Of a stretch of DNA of 64,000 nt, positions 14,056 to 26,956 are shown one piece after another. A model generated the notes under the pieces. That model had not been told where the DNA came from. It saw only the letters and a program-made list of their open reading frames with translations, and did no database searches. Position numbers and translations under genes: made by a program. The DNA comes from Octopus vulgaris. Lineage: Eukaryota. The stretch covers positions 73,160,001-73,224,000 of the forward strand of contig OX597830.1 in the NCBI GenBank assembly GCA_951406725.2, written 5' to 3'. Position 1 is the first letter of the stretch. The number at the start of each line of letters is the position of its first letter.

Positions 14056-14416
14056 TTTATTCTTTTATTTTTACTTGATCAGTCATTTTACTGCAGCCAT
14101 GCAGTAAAATCAACTCCAGGGCTTATTGCTTGTAATCCTATTACTTATTGTATGAGTCTCTTTTGCCGAACCGCTAAGTTACAGGGACGTAAACACACCA
14201 GCATCGGTGAGGAGACAAGCAGAGACACACAAATACATACACATACACACATGCACAAATATATATATATATATAGCCGCAGGCGTGTCCGTGAGGTAAG
14301 AAGCTTGGTCCAGTCTCATTGCGTGGCATCTTGGGAAAGCGTCTTATACTATTGGCTCAGGCTGACCGAAGACTTGTGAGAGGATTTAGCAGACGGAAAC
14401 TGAAAGAGGCCCGTCG
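14053..14416. mobile_element. Two SINE family A fragments (minus-strand 3' half, plus-strand 5' half)
   Basis: 14053-14235 matches the reverse complement of the family A tail. 14276-14416 matches the head, ending GACGGAAACTGAAAGAGGCCCGTCG before the microsatellite that received the Tc1. Confidence 0.7.
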
Positions 14417-14466
14417 TATATATACATATATATTTATGTATGTATGCATATATGTAAGTATATATA

Positions 14467-16095
14467 CAGTTGCAGCCAAAATATTCAGAACGGCATTGTT
14501 TTCGTCAGAAAAGTAGATATAATTTTTTATCAAATTTGTTTTATATTCTATAATTTTCACAGACAATAAATACAATATTATTTGTTATTGCCTGAGATTT
14601 TGGTGTAATTTAAGAGGATAATACAAAAGTTATGGAGGATTTAGGGATTTACTGCAAAACCCATGGCGGCCAGAATGATCAGAACGGTTGCTTTTACTCC
14701 GCGTTTTAGTATATTTAACCGGCGAACTCTAATGTTTTGAATTTGCTTACGTGACGGTTCGTTTACTAAACATTAGTAAGAATATTTGCAGTGTACTTTG
14801 TTAATATAATGCCACTTACTCCGTTACCAATTCGTCAGCAGATTATTAAGCTTCGAAGGAAGGATAATTTAAGTATTGGATCTATTGCAAAGATTGTTAA
14901 CAAGTCAAAGAGTGTTGTACACGGTGTTCTTAAGGTCTACGATGATTGTGGTTCGTGTGAAGCAAGAAAGTTTACAGGTAGGCCAAGAAAAACGACCAAG
15001 AGAGAAGATCGTGCTATGGTAAAGTTGGTTAAAAAGGTCAGATTTAAAACTGCTGCTGTTGTTTCTCGGAAAATGAGCATTGTATTGAAGAAAACTTTAT
15101 CTCGAAAAACTGTGTCTCGTCGTTTAGTTGAACATGACCTACAAGCAAGAGCACCTGCAGTGAAGCCACTGATCAGCTCCAAGAATAAAAAGTGTCGTCT
15201 TACCTTTGCAACCGAACATGTGCTGTGGTCTCAAGAAAAATGGCAAACGGTGCATTTCAGTGATGAATCTAAGTTTATGTTATTTGGCTCAGATGGGAAA
15301 AGGTAAGTTCATCGAAAAGTTGGTGAAAAATTGTCGCCTAAATGCCTTAAGACTAGTGTTAAATTCGGTGGAGGGAGTGTCATGGTTTGGGGGATGATAT
15401 CTGGAGATGGTGTGGGCCCTTTGGTGTGATTATATGGAAAGGTAAATGCAGGAGTTTATAAACAACTTGTAAAAGATCATGTCTTGCCTGTGCTGAGAAA
15501 TTCAACTAAGCGACCACCCATATTCATGCAGGACAATGCCCCATGTCTCAAGGCTAAGGTGATCATGAACTTCCTCAAGGCTGAAAAGGTTATTGTTATG
15601 GTTTGGCCTGCTCAAAGCCCAGATCTCAATCCTATTGAAAATGTGTGGAATATTCTAGGAGAACGTTCGAAAGCCAGAAATCCTAAAACAACTGAGCAAT
15701 TATGGAATGCCCTTCAGGAAGAATGGAATAAGATCATCCAGCAAGAAATTGAAAATTTAATTTCCTCATGCAGTCGAAGATGTCAGAGTGTGATTGAAGC
15801 TAAAGGGCTTCACACTAAATATTAAATAATTCCAGTATTCTCTGTCATTTTTGATTATTTTGTTATTTTTTCAACCATTCTGATCATTTTGGCCGCCATG
15901 GGTTTTGCAGTAAATCACTAAATCATCCATAACTTTTGTATTATCCTCTCAAATTACACCAAAATCTCAGACAATAACAATTAATATTGTATTTATTGTC
16001 TGTGAAAATTATAGAATCTAAAACAACTTTGATAAAAACTTATACCTACTTTTCTGACGAAAATAATGCCGTTCTGAACATTTTGACCGCAACTG
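14467..16095 (+). mobile_element. Full-length Tc1-family DNA transposon, IR/DR type (1629 bp)
   Basis: TA TSDs (14465-66, 16096-97) and CAGTTG termini. The 224-bp TIRs (14467-14690, 15872-16095) differ at about 15 positions by manual count, with no indels. Each TIR has outer and inner direct repeats (GCAGCCAAAATATTCAGAACGG / GCGGCCAGAATGATCAGAACGG). Confidence 0.97.
14809..15825 (+). pseudogene. Tc1 DD34E transposase pseudogene (338 codons, two in-frame stops)
   Basis: Single frame from ATG 14809 with an HTH region, GRPRK, FSDESKF, GGGSVMVWG and MQDNAP-(34 aa)-SPDLNPIENVW, ending GLHTKY. Premature stops are TAA 15304-06 and TGA 15427-29. Confidence 0.95.
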
Positions 16096-16099
16096 TATG

Positions 16100-16148
<49 letters not shown>

Positions 16149-16902
16149 TATAGTATAAAGTATATATTATATACACGCACGTATGTACACATACACACAT
16201 ACTCACATATATTTTTATATATATTACAATGGAAAGAAGGACAAGTATTTGTAAGGTCATCAAATTATTTATGAAACATTTATGCAGAAGTGAGTATGAA
16301 GATATACACATTAAACAAAAACATGGGAAAACCGAGAGCTCAAATTAATTCTTCATTAAGAGGAATACCATCTGAGATTTTATTCTTTAATGTTACGGAT
16401 ACAAGGAGCACATTCGTGTACGATTCCGTAATACTTCATCCTCGATGCGACACTGGATTTTACGTATCTGACCAAGTGAGAGCACTTTGTGAATGTGTCA
16501 TTCCAGGTTATATCCGTAATAACACTGAAGAGAAGGAGATAACCTGGAAGATTTCGTTGCCACTTGTCAGAAACGGCCGTAAGGATCTAGCACCTATTGA
16601 CAATCTGCTCATTTGCTCATTTATTTAATCACCTGTTCCTATATGATTATATGATTCCACACCCTTGTTCTTGCAATTACCAACTCTTTCTCTTTAATAT
16701 TCTGTACTACTACTAAATGTGTATGTATTCATCTAATACATGGGAATAAATAAACATGCTAGAATTTTTACCGGCTGATGTCTGTCGATTTTGTATACTC
16801 TCCATTTTCTTATTTGCCGTATGTATATGTCTGTGTGTGTGTGTGTATGTATATATATATACTCTTTTACTCTTTTACTCTTTTACTTGTTTCAGTCATA
16901 TA

Positions 16903-17300
16903 GGCGCAGGAGTGACTGTGCATAGGCGCAGGAGTAGCTGTGTGGTAAGTAGCTTGCTTACCAACAACATGGTTCTGGGTTCAGTCCCACTGCGTGGCAC
17001 CTTGGGCAAGTGTCTTATACTATAGCCTCGGGCCGACCAAAGACTTGTGGTAGACGGGAACTGAAAGAAGTCCGTCGTATATATGTATATGTATATATGT
17101 ATGTATGTGTATATGTTTGTGTGTCTGTGTTTGTTCCCCCAACATCGCTTCACAACTTAGCGGTTCGGCAAAAGTGCCCGATATAATAAAGTACTAGCCT
17201 TACAAAGAATAAGTCCTGAGATCGATTTACTCGACTAAAGGCGGTGCTCCAGCATGGTCCCATTCAAATGACTGAAAGAAGTAAAAGAGTAAAAGAGAGA
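16903..17300 (+). mobile_element. SINE family A, near full length, duplicated head
   Basis: GGCGCAGGAGT head present twice (16903, 16925), A-box-like AGCTGTGTGG, B-box-like GGTTCAGTCCC, central microsatellite and GTAAAAGA tail repeats. An opposite-strand tail fragment lies at 16861-16899. Confidence 0.85.
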
Positions 17301-17654
17301 GTTTATGTATATACACACATACACACATAAAAGTAATTACTCGCAAATTTTATATCCATTGCTACATTCTTAGGTATGATAGTCAAAAACGGGCTTCATA
17401 CTAAAATGCCTCAAACACGCCCAACAGTAAAAACAATGGTGCGATGTATAGAGTTCTTGTGAATTGTTTCAGAAAAGAGTTTACCAAAATATCGTAAGAA
17501 TAAAAGAAGCAAGTCTGAAATATTATCCTAAATTGAAACTTACAATGGTTGTAGCGAAAACATTTGATTTCACTTGACTCTTGCGGTTTAAGCTGTATTA
17601 ATTCGGTGGGTGTCTACGACCACACACATTCCTATGTAATGTATATGTGTGTGC

Positions 17655-17742
<88 letters not shown>

Positions 17743-17759
17743 GTATGTAAATATATCTA

Positions 17760-17819
<60 letters not shown>

Positions 17820-18099
17820 GAGAAACGGACAGAGACGGATAAGCAGATGTAGATGTATATGTATGTATGTATGTGTGTGTGCGTACGTGTATACACATTA
17901 ATGTCTCAACAAATGAATGAAATATCTTTTTTTGTTTTTGTTTCATGTAAAATTGCCAGAATAGATGGACCGGAATTTTATATGAAATTGAGTTCGCAAA
18001 TATATATTTATATATATATGTATGTATTTATTTATCTATGTATGTGCATGTATATATATATATATTATATATATATATATGTATATATATATGTGTATA

Positions 18100-18159
<60 letters not shown>

Positions 18160-18657
18160 TGTCTCAACAAATAAAAGAGTAAGTACTGAAGGCGATGCTC
18201 CAGCATGGCAGGAGTTAATTGAGGGAAACAAATTAAAGAAAAAAATAAAAGAATATATATATATGTATATATATATATGTATTTATATATGTGTGTGTGT
18301 ATATATATATGTATATATATATGTACAATGCTTCGAATTCTTTAGAATTCACTAGAATCTCAATTACTTAACCGTATATATATATATGTATATATAAGTT
18401 TAACAATTAAGGATAATCTCTTAATAAGGGATCTTAACAAGAAATTATCGGGTAGCTAGCGTGAAAACCTCATAAAAGAAAAGAATCCGAAAATAATTTT
18501 TTTTTCTTTTGAACAAATTAATTATATCTATATTGTATAGAGGGCATTATTACACATAAATGCCTCACACTAGGAGGGACAAAGTCATTACTACCAAAAT
18601 TATACTAATCATACCCAAATGCAGTTTTTCAAAGCAAGACATTTAAAAAATGAATTT

Positions 18658-18715
18658 AGTTCTGTATCACCGTGATTTCACATTCAACTTACGTCTAATG
18701 ATCGTCAGCAGAACT
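18658..18715 (-). ncRNA. Type-I hammerhead ribozyme (left-arm copy)
   Basis: Mirror image of 18935-18992 on the minus strand. Confidence 0.72.
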
Positions 18716-18934
18716 GATTCTGAACACATCATAAATAAACTACCAACCTTACGTAGCGAAGACGAACAGACAACTGCTCACTCCGGCTAAGCACATGGAA
18801 TGTTTATAAATCATATATCGCCATTTACCGGATATATGATTTATAAACATTCCATGTGCTTAGCCGGAGTGAGCAGTTGTCTGTTCGTCTTCGCTACGTA
18901 AGGTTGGTAGTTTATTTATGATGTGTTCAGAATC

Positions 18935-18992
18935 AGTTCTGCTGACGATCATTAGACGTAAGTTGAATGTGAAATCACGGTGATACAGAACT
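18935..18992 (+). ncRNA. Type-I hammerhead ribozyme (right-arm copy)
   Basis: AGTTCTG CTGACGA T CATT-A-GAC GTAA GTT-G-AATG T GAA ATCAC G GTGAT A CAGAACT. This gives a 7-bp stem I, intact CUGANGA and GAA cores, a GNRA-capped stem II (U-U at its base), a stem III with 1-nt loop and the NUH triplet AUA. Confidence 0.75.
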
Positions 18993-19117
18993 AAATTCAT
19001 TTTTTAAATGTCTTGCTTTGAAAAACTGCATTTGGGTATGATTAGTATAATTTTGGTAGTAATGACTTTGTCCCTCCTAGTGTGAGGCATTTATGTGTAA
19101 TAATGCCCTCTATACAA

Positions 19118-19204
<87 letters not shown>

Positions 19205-19354
19205 ACCGGAGTAAACACTTAAATGTGAAACAAGGTGGAAAAACAAGAGTACTCAAATACCAGTGGTAGAGTAATATGCTTTATTTAAAGCAGCAGAAAA
19301 TTCTACAAAACCTGTTACTCTGAGTTTCGCGTTGCCGTTCATCGGAGTTTTTGC
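19205..19354 (-). mobile_element. (TA)n-embedded element with variant hammerhead (19307-19351)
   Basis: Minus strand: AAAACT CCGATGA ACG GCAA CGC GAA ACTC A GAGT A ACAGG. Related, more decayed copies lie at about 1050-1215 (opposite orientation, core deleted) and 12710-12806. Confidence 0.55.
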
Positions 19355-20218
19355 TATATATATGTACAAGTCTTCTTGTAGCCATTCTTTACCCCGCGGC
19401 CTTAGCATTCTGTAAAGATTTTGGAGTGTAAGATCAAATCGTTTGGGTGATAAAAAGTGTTCTCTATATGAAGTACCTCTGGATCTCAGCTGTTGATTCT
19501 CTCATTCTCTTTGCATGTATGTATGTATGTATGTATGTATGTATGTATGTATGTATGTATGTATGTATATCTACACATACAGAGCTATATACGTATAGCT
19601 TTACATACATTTACATACGAATAAACAAGCATACACGTGTTTTGAAAAGTAAAACCAGAGATATCTCTCAGAAACAATACAAGTGTGTCTTAAATAAAAT
19701 TTGTTTTCTACCGAAATATTTTGCCACATCCGGAGTTGTTATACACTTTGGTCGGTTTTGGCGCCCCACCACACTTTCAAAATAAGAATATGAGCTTCAG
19801 GCTTAGAATACACTGCATGAGGCAGAGATGTTGGTTCCCTCAAAGAGACAGTTGACCTTAAAATCCATAGAAACTATCAAAACATTGGCCCTATGTATTT
19901 GTGTTTGTAGATTTCTTTAATTTTTGTGCATCGCCAAAAATGATGGATTGCCTGGATAATTACATACCCATATTTTGATCTATTGCATACAAGCCTAATA
20001 CAATCATGTGCTTGTCAGTACATATACGTATATATGAATGTATGCATACACTCACACACTCTCAGTCACACACACATATACATACACAAAAACACACACA
20101 CGCATACACGCACACACGCGCACACATATATATATGTATGTACGTATATATACGTGTGTGTGTATTAAGTGGTGAATATTTTACCTTTTTGTAATAGTAC
20201 TGTCGCTCTACGTATAAC

Positions 20219-20277
<59 letters not shown>

Positions 20278-20282
20278 TATGC

Positions 20283-20318
<36 letters not shown>

Positions 20319-21993
20319 GCATGCATATATATATATGTATATATTCATATATATATGTATATATATAATGTATGTATATATATATATACATACATATATA
20401 TATATATATATACATATATATGTATATATATATTTATATATATGTATGTATATATGTGAATGTGTGGATATAGTACGTATGTATATTTGATAAGTGATTG
20501 TGCGAACACATTTATTTATTAATCCTCTTAATATGTGTGTGTGTGTGTGTGTACGTATATATCAATGTATGTATGTGTTTGTATGTATATGTGTGTGTAC
20601 CTGTGTGTCTGAATGTGTATGTATGTGTGTGTAGAAACGAAAGGTGTTTAAGCATTTATTTATACATCACGAGCAATTAGCCGAATAAAACCACTTACTT
20701 TGAACGCCATCTTCATAGTCTGACATTGAAAGAGGTGGGTGAGTGGATTGGTCAGGGATTTGTAATTCCCCGGATAAAGAAAAAAATCCTTTCGTCTGTT
20801 GTTGTATTGTCACGTCCCATTACGTTCTGAGTTCAAATCCCACCCGTCTCTACTCTGACTCTATCCCTATGGGATGTGTGCCAGTGCAGTCGATATATTC
20901 CACAACATCCCGTTTTTAGAATATATTAACATGTGCCCAACCGTTGTGCAGTGCCACTGTTGGCTCGAGTGACGCTGTTTCTCGAAGTTAGAGCTGTCAT
21001 CATATTCGACCAGGCATGAGAACCACAGATATATCTTTCGAAAATCGTCTATGATTATTCCCTGCTACTGATTTCATAATACTATTTATGCCTACAAAAC
21101 AAATATTCTGGGATCTATATAACGAACTATAGAAAGAGAAACCCCAGGATGGCTCTAGTCCAGAGATCACAAATTTTAAAGAATTTCGACTCGTTTTATA
21201 TTTATGATTATATAGTTGAATCGGGTCCTATTTAAATCATTATATATCGATTTTGATATTTGTCTACCTTGGAATACTGGAGAAGACTTTAACACTGCAT
21301 AAAATTCATTGTCATTTATTTGTAGATTATAGGTCTTTTCGATGTTAGTAACTGATCATCTCTTGATAACCTGGATATACATAGAGAGAAGTTACGTGCA
21401 GCTTTAAACCTGAATATATCAACTTTGATATAGATCAACCCTAGATTACGAGAGATGGTATGAAGACAATAAAATCCTATAGAATTAGTAGCGTTGACTT
21501 TGCTGCCCTCCTACCCCGTGCAGCAAACCCAAATGTGTAACCTTATATAAGAGTCACCGAGGGCGAACAGCCCCCATCGCCTTTTCTTGATACGTTATAA
21601 GTATAGATTATAGCTTCTAACCGATAACGTATTGATCGAAAGCTGCGAGCAGGCAGAATCGTTAATACACCAGGCAAAGTGCTAATCGGCATTTTGTTCG
21701 TCTTTACGTTCTGAGTTCAAATTCCTTTCACGGTTTCGAGGTGATAAAATAAGTACCAGTTGAATACAGTGGTCGATGTCATCGTCTTACCCCAACCCAA
21801 TATATATGACTAAAATTTTAAGCCTTTGGCCATAGTGAAAAGAAGTATATATTGACCGAGATTTGTATACAAGTATCAAGTGTATATGATTTTGATATAA
21901 GTCTACCATGGAATATAAGAAACGAAATACAGATTGAGTAAAATCGTATATAATCCATAGTTTCTAATAAGATAAACTGAAAATCTTCTAGAA

Positions 21994-22070
21994 ACAGTAA
22001 TTCCTCGACTATCGCGTGTTACGTTCCAAAAACCCCCGTGATAGGTGAAAATCCGCGAAGTAGAAACAGT
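21994..22070 (+). mobile_element. Possible pogo/Tigger-like DNA transposon end fragment
   Basis: Begins CAGTAATTCCTCGACTATCGCG, a Tigger-like terminus; no partner end is seen. Confidence 0.3.
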
Positions 22071-22137
22071 ATCGTACTGTATATCTATCTATATATATAT
22101 ATATATATATACATACATACATACATACATACATACA

Positions 22138-22171
<34 letters not shown>

Positions 22172-22188
22172 ATTTTTGTAATTTGTTT

Positions 22189-22330
22189 GTGGCTGTGTGG
22201 TTCCGTGTTCCGGGTTCAGTCCCACTGCGTAGCATCTTGGGCAACTGCCTTCTGCTATAGCCCCGAGCCGACCAATGTCTTGTGAGTGGATTTGGTGGAC
22301 GGAAACTGAAAGAAGCCTGTCGTATATATG

Positions 22331-22361
<31 letters not shown>

Positions 22362-22591
22362 GTGTGTGTGTGTTTGTGTGTCTGTGTTTGTCCCACTAGC
22401 ATTGCTTGACAACCGATGCTGGTGTGTTTACGTCCCCGTTACTTAGCGGTTCGGCAAAAGAGACCGATAGAATAAGTACTGGGCTTACAAAGAATAAGTC
22501 CCGGGGTCGATTTGCTCGACTAAAGGCGGTGCTCCAGCATGGCCGCAGTCAAATGACTGAAACAAGTAAAAGAGTAAAAAAGAGTAAAGAG
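22189..22591 (+). mobile_element. SINE family A, young copy
   Basis: A box TGGCTGTGTGG, B box GGTTCAGTCCC, internal (TA)(TG) tract, tail GGCGGTGCTCCAGCATGGCCGCAGTCAAATGACTGAAACAAGTAAAAGAG. Confidence 0.9.
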
Positions 22592-22879
22592 ATCTATTTT
22601 ATCATAAATACAAAACAACATCACGGAAGAATCTACCGCGATATGGCGAGGGATTACTGTAAATATTTTCTTTGTTGTCGCTGTTGCTTTAACCTAAGGA
22701 TATACCCGAACAAGCAGGTCGATGACCAAAAAGCGATTTCACAATGACTACCCAGTTATATCGTCTCTTCCTTGCTTTTGAGACGTTGGGTGAAGGGGAA
22801 TTAGCTGTAGATTTAGCTAATGTTGATAAAAGGGCTAATGAATAAAGTACAAACACGGACAACCTTTTTCGTGAAGCGT

Positions 22880-23152
22880 TATCATCATAAGGGGGGCTAC
22901 GTTACTACAAAAACTGAAGGCAATTTTTCGTTAGGTGTGCCATTCAAAATCGCCCGCGGGCCGCATGTTGCCTTCCTCTGTATCATCATATTATTAGTTA
23001 AATCATATAGGCTCATACACAAGCACACATACATATGCATGCACACACATACAAACATGCGCCAACACACGCGTATGTATGTATGTATGTATGTATGTAT
23101 GTATGTATGTATCTATCTATCTTTATCTTTATATATATATACATGCATACAT

Positions 23153-23185
<33 letters not shown>

Positions 23186-23262
23186 CATATCTATATCTAT
23201 CTATCTATCTATATATATATATTTATATGTTTATATATATATATATTTATATACATATAAAC

Positions 23263-23293
<31 letters not shown>

Positions 23294-23548
23294 CATACAT
23301 GCATACAGACATACATATATATAAATATATATATATGTGTGCGTGCGTGTATGTACGTATGTATGTATGTATGTATACATATCTACAAACAATTATATTC
23401 GGATCGTACATTTTCAGGTGTACCTCTATGTAAATACATTTCAAGGGCGGATAAAGACCTATAGAGATCATCATAAGGCGGTACAAAAACTGAAGGCAAT
23501 TTTTCGTTAAGTGTGCCATTCAAAATTGTCCGCGGACCGCATGTTGCC
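22880..23548 (+). repeat. Local direct repeat of a ~90-bp segment (22880-22970, 23468-23548) with an hAT-like end
   Basis: Both copies read ATCATCATAAGG...TACAAAAACTGAAGGCAATTTTTCGTTA(G/A)GTGTGCCATTCAAAAT..CCGCGG(G/A)CCGCATGTTGCC. Confidence 0.75.
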
Positions 23549-24834
23549 AACGATACAGAGAGAGAGTTTTGCTTAGAAGATTTTGGCCTTGCCAAAGATT
23601 TGTAATTCAAAATATAAATAATAATGAAGCATTTAGAAAAAATTTATTTTCTAAAGTGAAACAAAACTAAAATTAAGATAGAAAATAATGTTTATTTTTG
23701 TATAATTCTACTTTATTTATATTTCAAAAGTTTTCTTCTACATTTTATTAATTGCGAAATCATTGATCATGTGCGTATATAGACGTATGTATGAACCCTT
23801 TTTGTACGCGTGCGTGTGCAAGCGTGCACGCGGGCATGTATATATCTTTTTGGCGAATATGTGGGTGAGCATGTGTGTGTTTCAAGTGGGGGTGGATGAG
23901 CATATATATATAGGCACATGTACGTGGGTGTGTGGGCGCTCATGTGTATGTATGGACATGCGCGCTTACCCGATTACTATGAACATTTTTACTCCCTTAC
24001 CTTTACTCCCTCCCCTTAATTAAAGATCATTCTAATAGCTCTTTTGACTTAATAACGGTCAGTCACACAGTAATTTCCTTTTGTTTTAACGGTCATTTTC
24101 ATAGATTTTTTTCGATGACCCGATAAATGAAAAGATGCTGGCGTGGGTTTCTACCCCGAAATCAGTAACTCGGAGTTTTATCATGGCTACCGAGTAATTG
24201 TCACATATTACTTTAACAGATAAATTCCTCTATTTACATAATATCAAGGTCTCTTTCTTTCTTTTGTTGTCTTATCATTTCTATCAATATATATATACAA
24301 AGAGAAAGAAAGGGAGATGCGGGGAGAGGGAGAGGAGAGGAAGAAATTTCTATGCATAAATACGTTATTAAGAAAAAAATTAACTCTAATCATTAGACCA
24401 TTTCCCCCAAAATCTCAACAAAAGTGTATGCAAATACAAAGGTCTTGCGACAGACTCCAGGCTCCAGGATCCCGACACACGCGCACAAAGGTACACAAAT
24501 ACAAGCAGAAAAAGAAAAGATTTGTACCTAATATTTGACATAATTAATATCATAATTATTTTAGTAAAAGTCACAAGTTTTATTTCGTTATTTGTTTTTA
24601 GTTGCATTGAGAAATGAAACAAAGCTATCTATCTCTATATCTGTGAAACTCTTTTTCCGTTGAATATAACAGTTTAGGCAATTACAATGTGGTGAATGCT
24701 TTTGATTGTAGATTGGAAAGATTTTAAATTGAAGAAACAAAGGGCTTAGAGAACACTCGGCCTTTGAATGCATTCACGCACGGATGTATGACCAGGAAGA
24801 CATACACATATAGATATATATACATTCATATATA

Positions 24835-25027
24835 AGGCGGCGAGCGTATTTCGTCTGCCGTGACGTTCTGAGTTCAAATTCCGCCGAGGTCGACTTTGCT
24901 TTTCATCATTTCGGGGTCGATAAATTAAGTACCAGTTACGCACTGGGGTCGATGTAATCGACTTAATCTATTTGTCTGTTCTTGTTTGTCTTCTCTATGC
25001 TTAGCCCCTTGTGGGTAATAAAGAAAC
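24835..25027 (+). mobile_element. SINE family B (head partly deleted)
   Basis: AAGGCGGCGAGC is fused to GTATTTCGTCTG; the core and the tail ending TAAAGAAA are intact. Confidence 0.85.
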
Positions 25028-25107
25028 ATATATATATATATATATATATTCATATACATATAGAGAGAGATATACTTATATATATATATATATATATATA
25101 TGTTCAT

Positions 25108-25170
<63 letters not shown>

Positions 25171-25236
25171 GTAATGTATATGTGTAATGTAGCAATTTGC
25201 AACAACCAATAATTAACGCAACCAAAATTCTACATG

Positions 25237-25286
25237 TTACTTTTGACAATCTTTTTCCAAAGAGTGAAACCGGTAAAGTAAATAAA
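25237..25286 (+). ncRNA. Decayed minimal hammerhead followed by AATAAA, in a (TA)n-flanked insert
   Basis: TTACTT TTGACAA TCTTT TTCC AAAGA GT GAA ACCGGT A AAGTAA. It has a 6-bp stem I, palindromic stem III and a GUA triplet; the core differs from CTGACGA by two transitions. AATAAA lies at 25281-86. Confidence 0.5.
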
Positions 25287-25336
25287 CATCTTTGAAAATG
25301 CATTTTCAAACCTTTCTTTATAATAATATATATATA

Positions 25337-25387
<51 letters not shown>

Positions 25388-25622
25388 TCAATTTACTTTT
25401 AACTACTTTTAAAGCCAAAAGCTATAGCAGCTTAAAATTTATTGCAGGCTGTGGGTAAGTTTTAAAACATGCACATGTGGTACTATTCTGTTGTCTACAT
25501 TATATCTTCGTCCAGAAGATCACCAAGGCAACAATATATGTGCATATTCCATCTTTCATTTACTATATATATCTCACTAAGTAGCGGTGAATAGTACAGG
25601 ATTTTCGTCTCGAGTAAAATAT

Positions 25623-26015
25623 TTTTTCCTCCTCCAGGCACAAGGCCCAAAATTTGGGAAGAGAGTGCCAGTCGATTAGATCGACTCCAGTACGCAACTG
25701 GTAATTAATTTATCGACCCCGAGAGGATGAAAGGCAAAGTCGACCTCGGCGGAATTTGAACTCAGAACGTAAAGTCAGACGAAATACCTATTTCTTTACT
25801 ACGCACAAGAGGATAAACACAGAGAGGACAAACAAGGACAGACAAACGGATTAAGTCGATTATATCGACCCTAGTGCGTAACTGGTACTTATTTAATCGA
25901 CCCCGAATGGATGAAAGGCAAAGTCGACCTCGGCGGAATTTGAACTCAGAACGTAAAGACAGACGAAATACCACTAAGCATTTCGCCCGGCGTGCTAGCG
26001 ATTCTGCCAGCTCGC
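25623..26015 (-). mobile_element. SINE family B head-to-tail dimer inside one TSD
   Basis: Two core units with different tails, flanked by CTCGAGT(A/C)AAATAT (25609-22, 26016-29). Confidence 0.85.
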
Positions 26016-26233
26016 CTCGAGTCAAATATAACATACTACAACAAATCATTATTTACAGAGTCGGCGAAAATGGATTCTGGACCGTCTAGCTTGTGTTGGT
26101 AACTGAGGAAAGTGTTACGTAATCGGTGCATTTCCTATTATATATATTGCACGACTGAAACGTACGTATTAAATGATTTCAATATACCGCGATTTGTTTC
26201 GATTTCCCTATTACTACCTAAATATGTATGTGC

Positions 26234-26273
<40 letters not shown>

Positions 26274-26639
26274 CCTTCCTTAATACCTTTGTCCCTCTTT
26301 TCCTCTCTCTTCTCCCTCTCTTTAATTCCTTTGCCCCTTTTTTCTCTCTGTTCTCTTCTCACGTGACCGCCTGTCAACTATAAGCCTTTTGGCTTCTGAC
26401 CAGTGCCATAACAACACCAATATTTTCGTTTGCCGTAGGGCATTAATTTTCAAATACGCCAGCTAAGTTGAACTGTCTAAAGTCGAAAGACGACCGTTGT
26501 TTTTGTCCTGTTATTATTATTATTATTGTTTTTTGTATTTATATTCGTATTACTTTTTGTTTTTTTTTGTATTTATATTCGTGTAACATCGTCCGTCTTT
26601 CTGTCCTTGTTTCGTATACATTCGATCCTTTTTCCAAGA

Positions 26640-26890
26640 AATCTAATGCTCGTAGCTTAGGTTTTCCTTGGGGCTGGCCAGATCGGAGCAATCTCAAGAT
26701 TAATCAGCCGAAATTGCTAGGATGATCCAGTTCTTGACTGAAGATTGAAGGCTTCGAATGTCCCGTCTGTGTTTTTTGTATCGTCTTCTAAATGTTTTAC
26801 GTTCTTGTCCCAGTTTTCGAATGACCCGTCCGTTTTTTTGTATCGTCTATTTGAATGTTTTGCGTTCTTGTCCCATTTTGTATTTTTATA
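26640..26890 (+). mobile_element. (TA)n-associated repeat with internal ~63-bp tandem duplication
   Basis: 26702-26812 is nearly identical to 27836-27946. Further relatives lie at 8434-8500, 47561-47600 and 59755-59879 (minus); all abut (TA)n. Confidence 0.7.
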
Positions 26891-26899
26891 TATATCTTT

Positions 26900-26956
<57 letters not shown>

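Larger units (their letters stand above)
18529..19121. repeat. Perfect long palindrome: 291-bp arms, 11-nt spacer
   Basis: 18529-18819 is the exact reverse complement of 18831-19121 by manual comparison; spacer GCCATTTACCG. The right arm runs into (TA)n. Complex sequence continues left of the left arm to about 18397 and then (TA)n. Confidence 0.95.

Noticed and set aside
15301-15308. AG|GTAAGT donor-like site in the Tc1 transposase, suggesting an intron
   Set aside because: The frame continues through the conserved GGGSVMVWG motif, so the TAA is simply a nonsense mutation.
16054-16063. CTGACGAAAA in the Tc1 TIR as a hammerhead core
   Set aside because: There is no stem II or other flanking helices; it is a chance word in a TIR.
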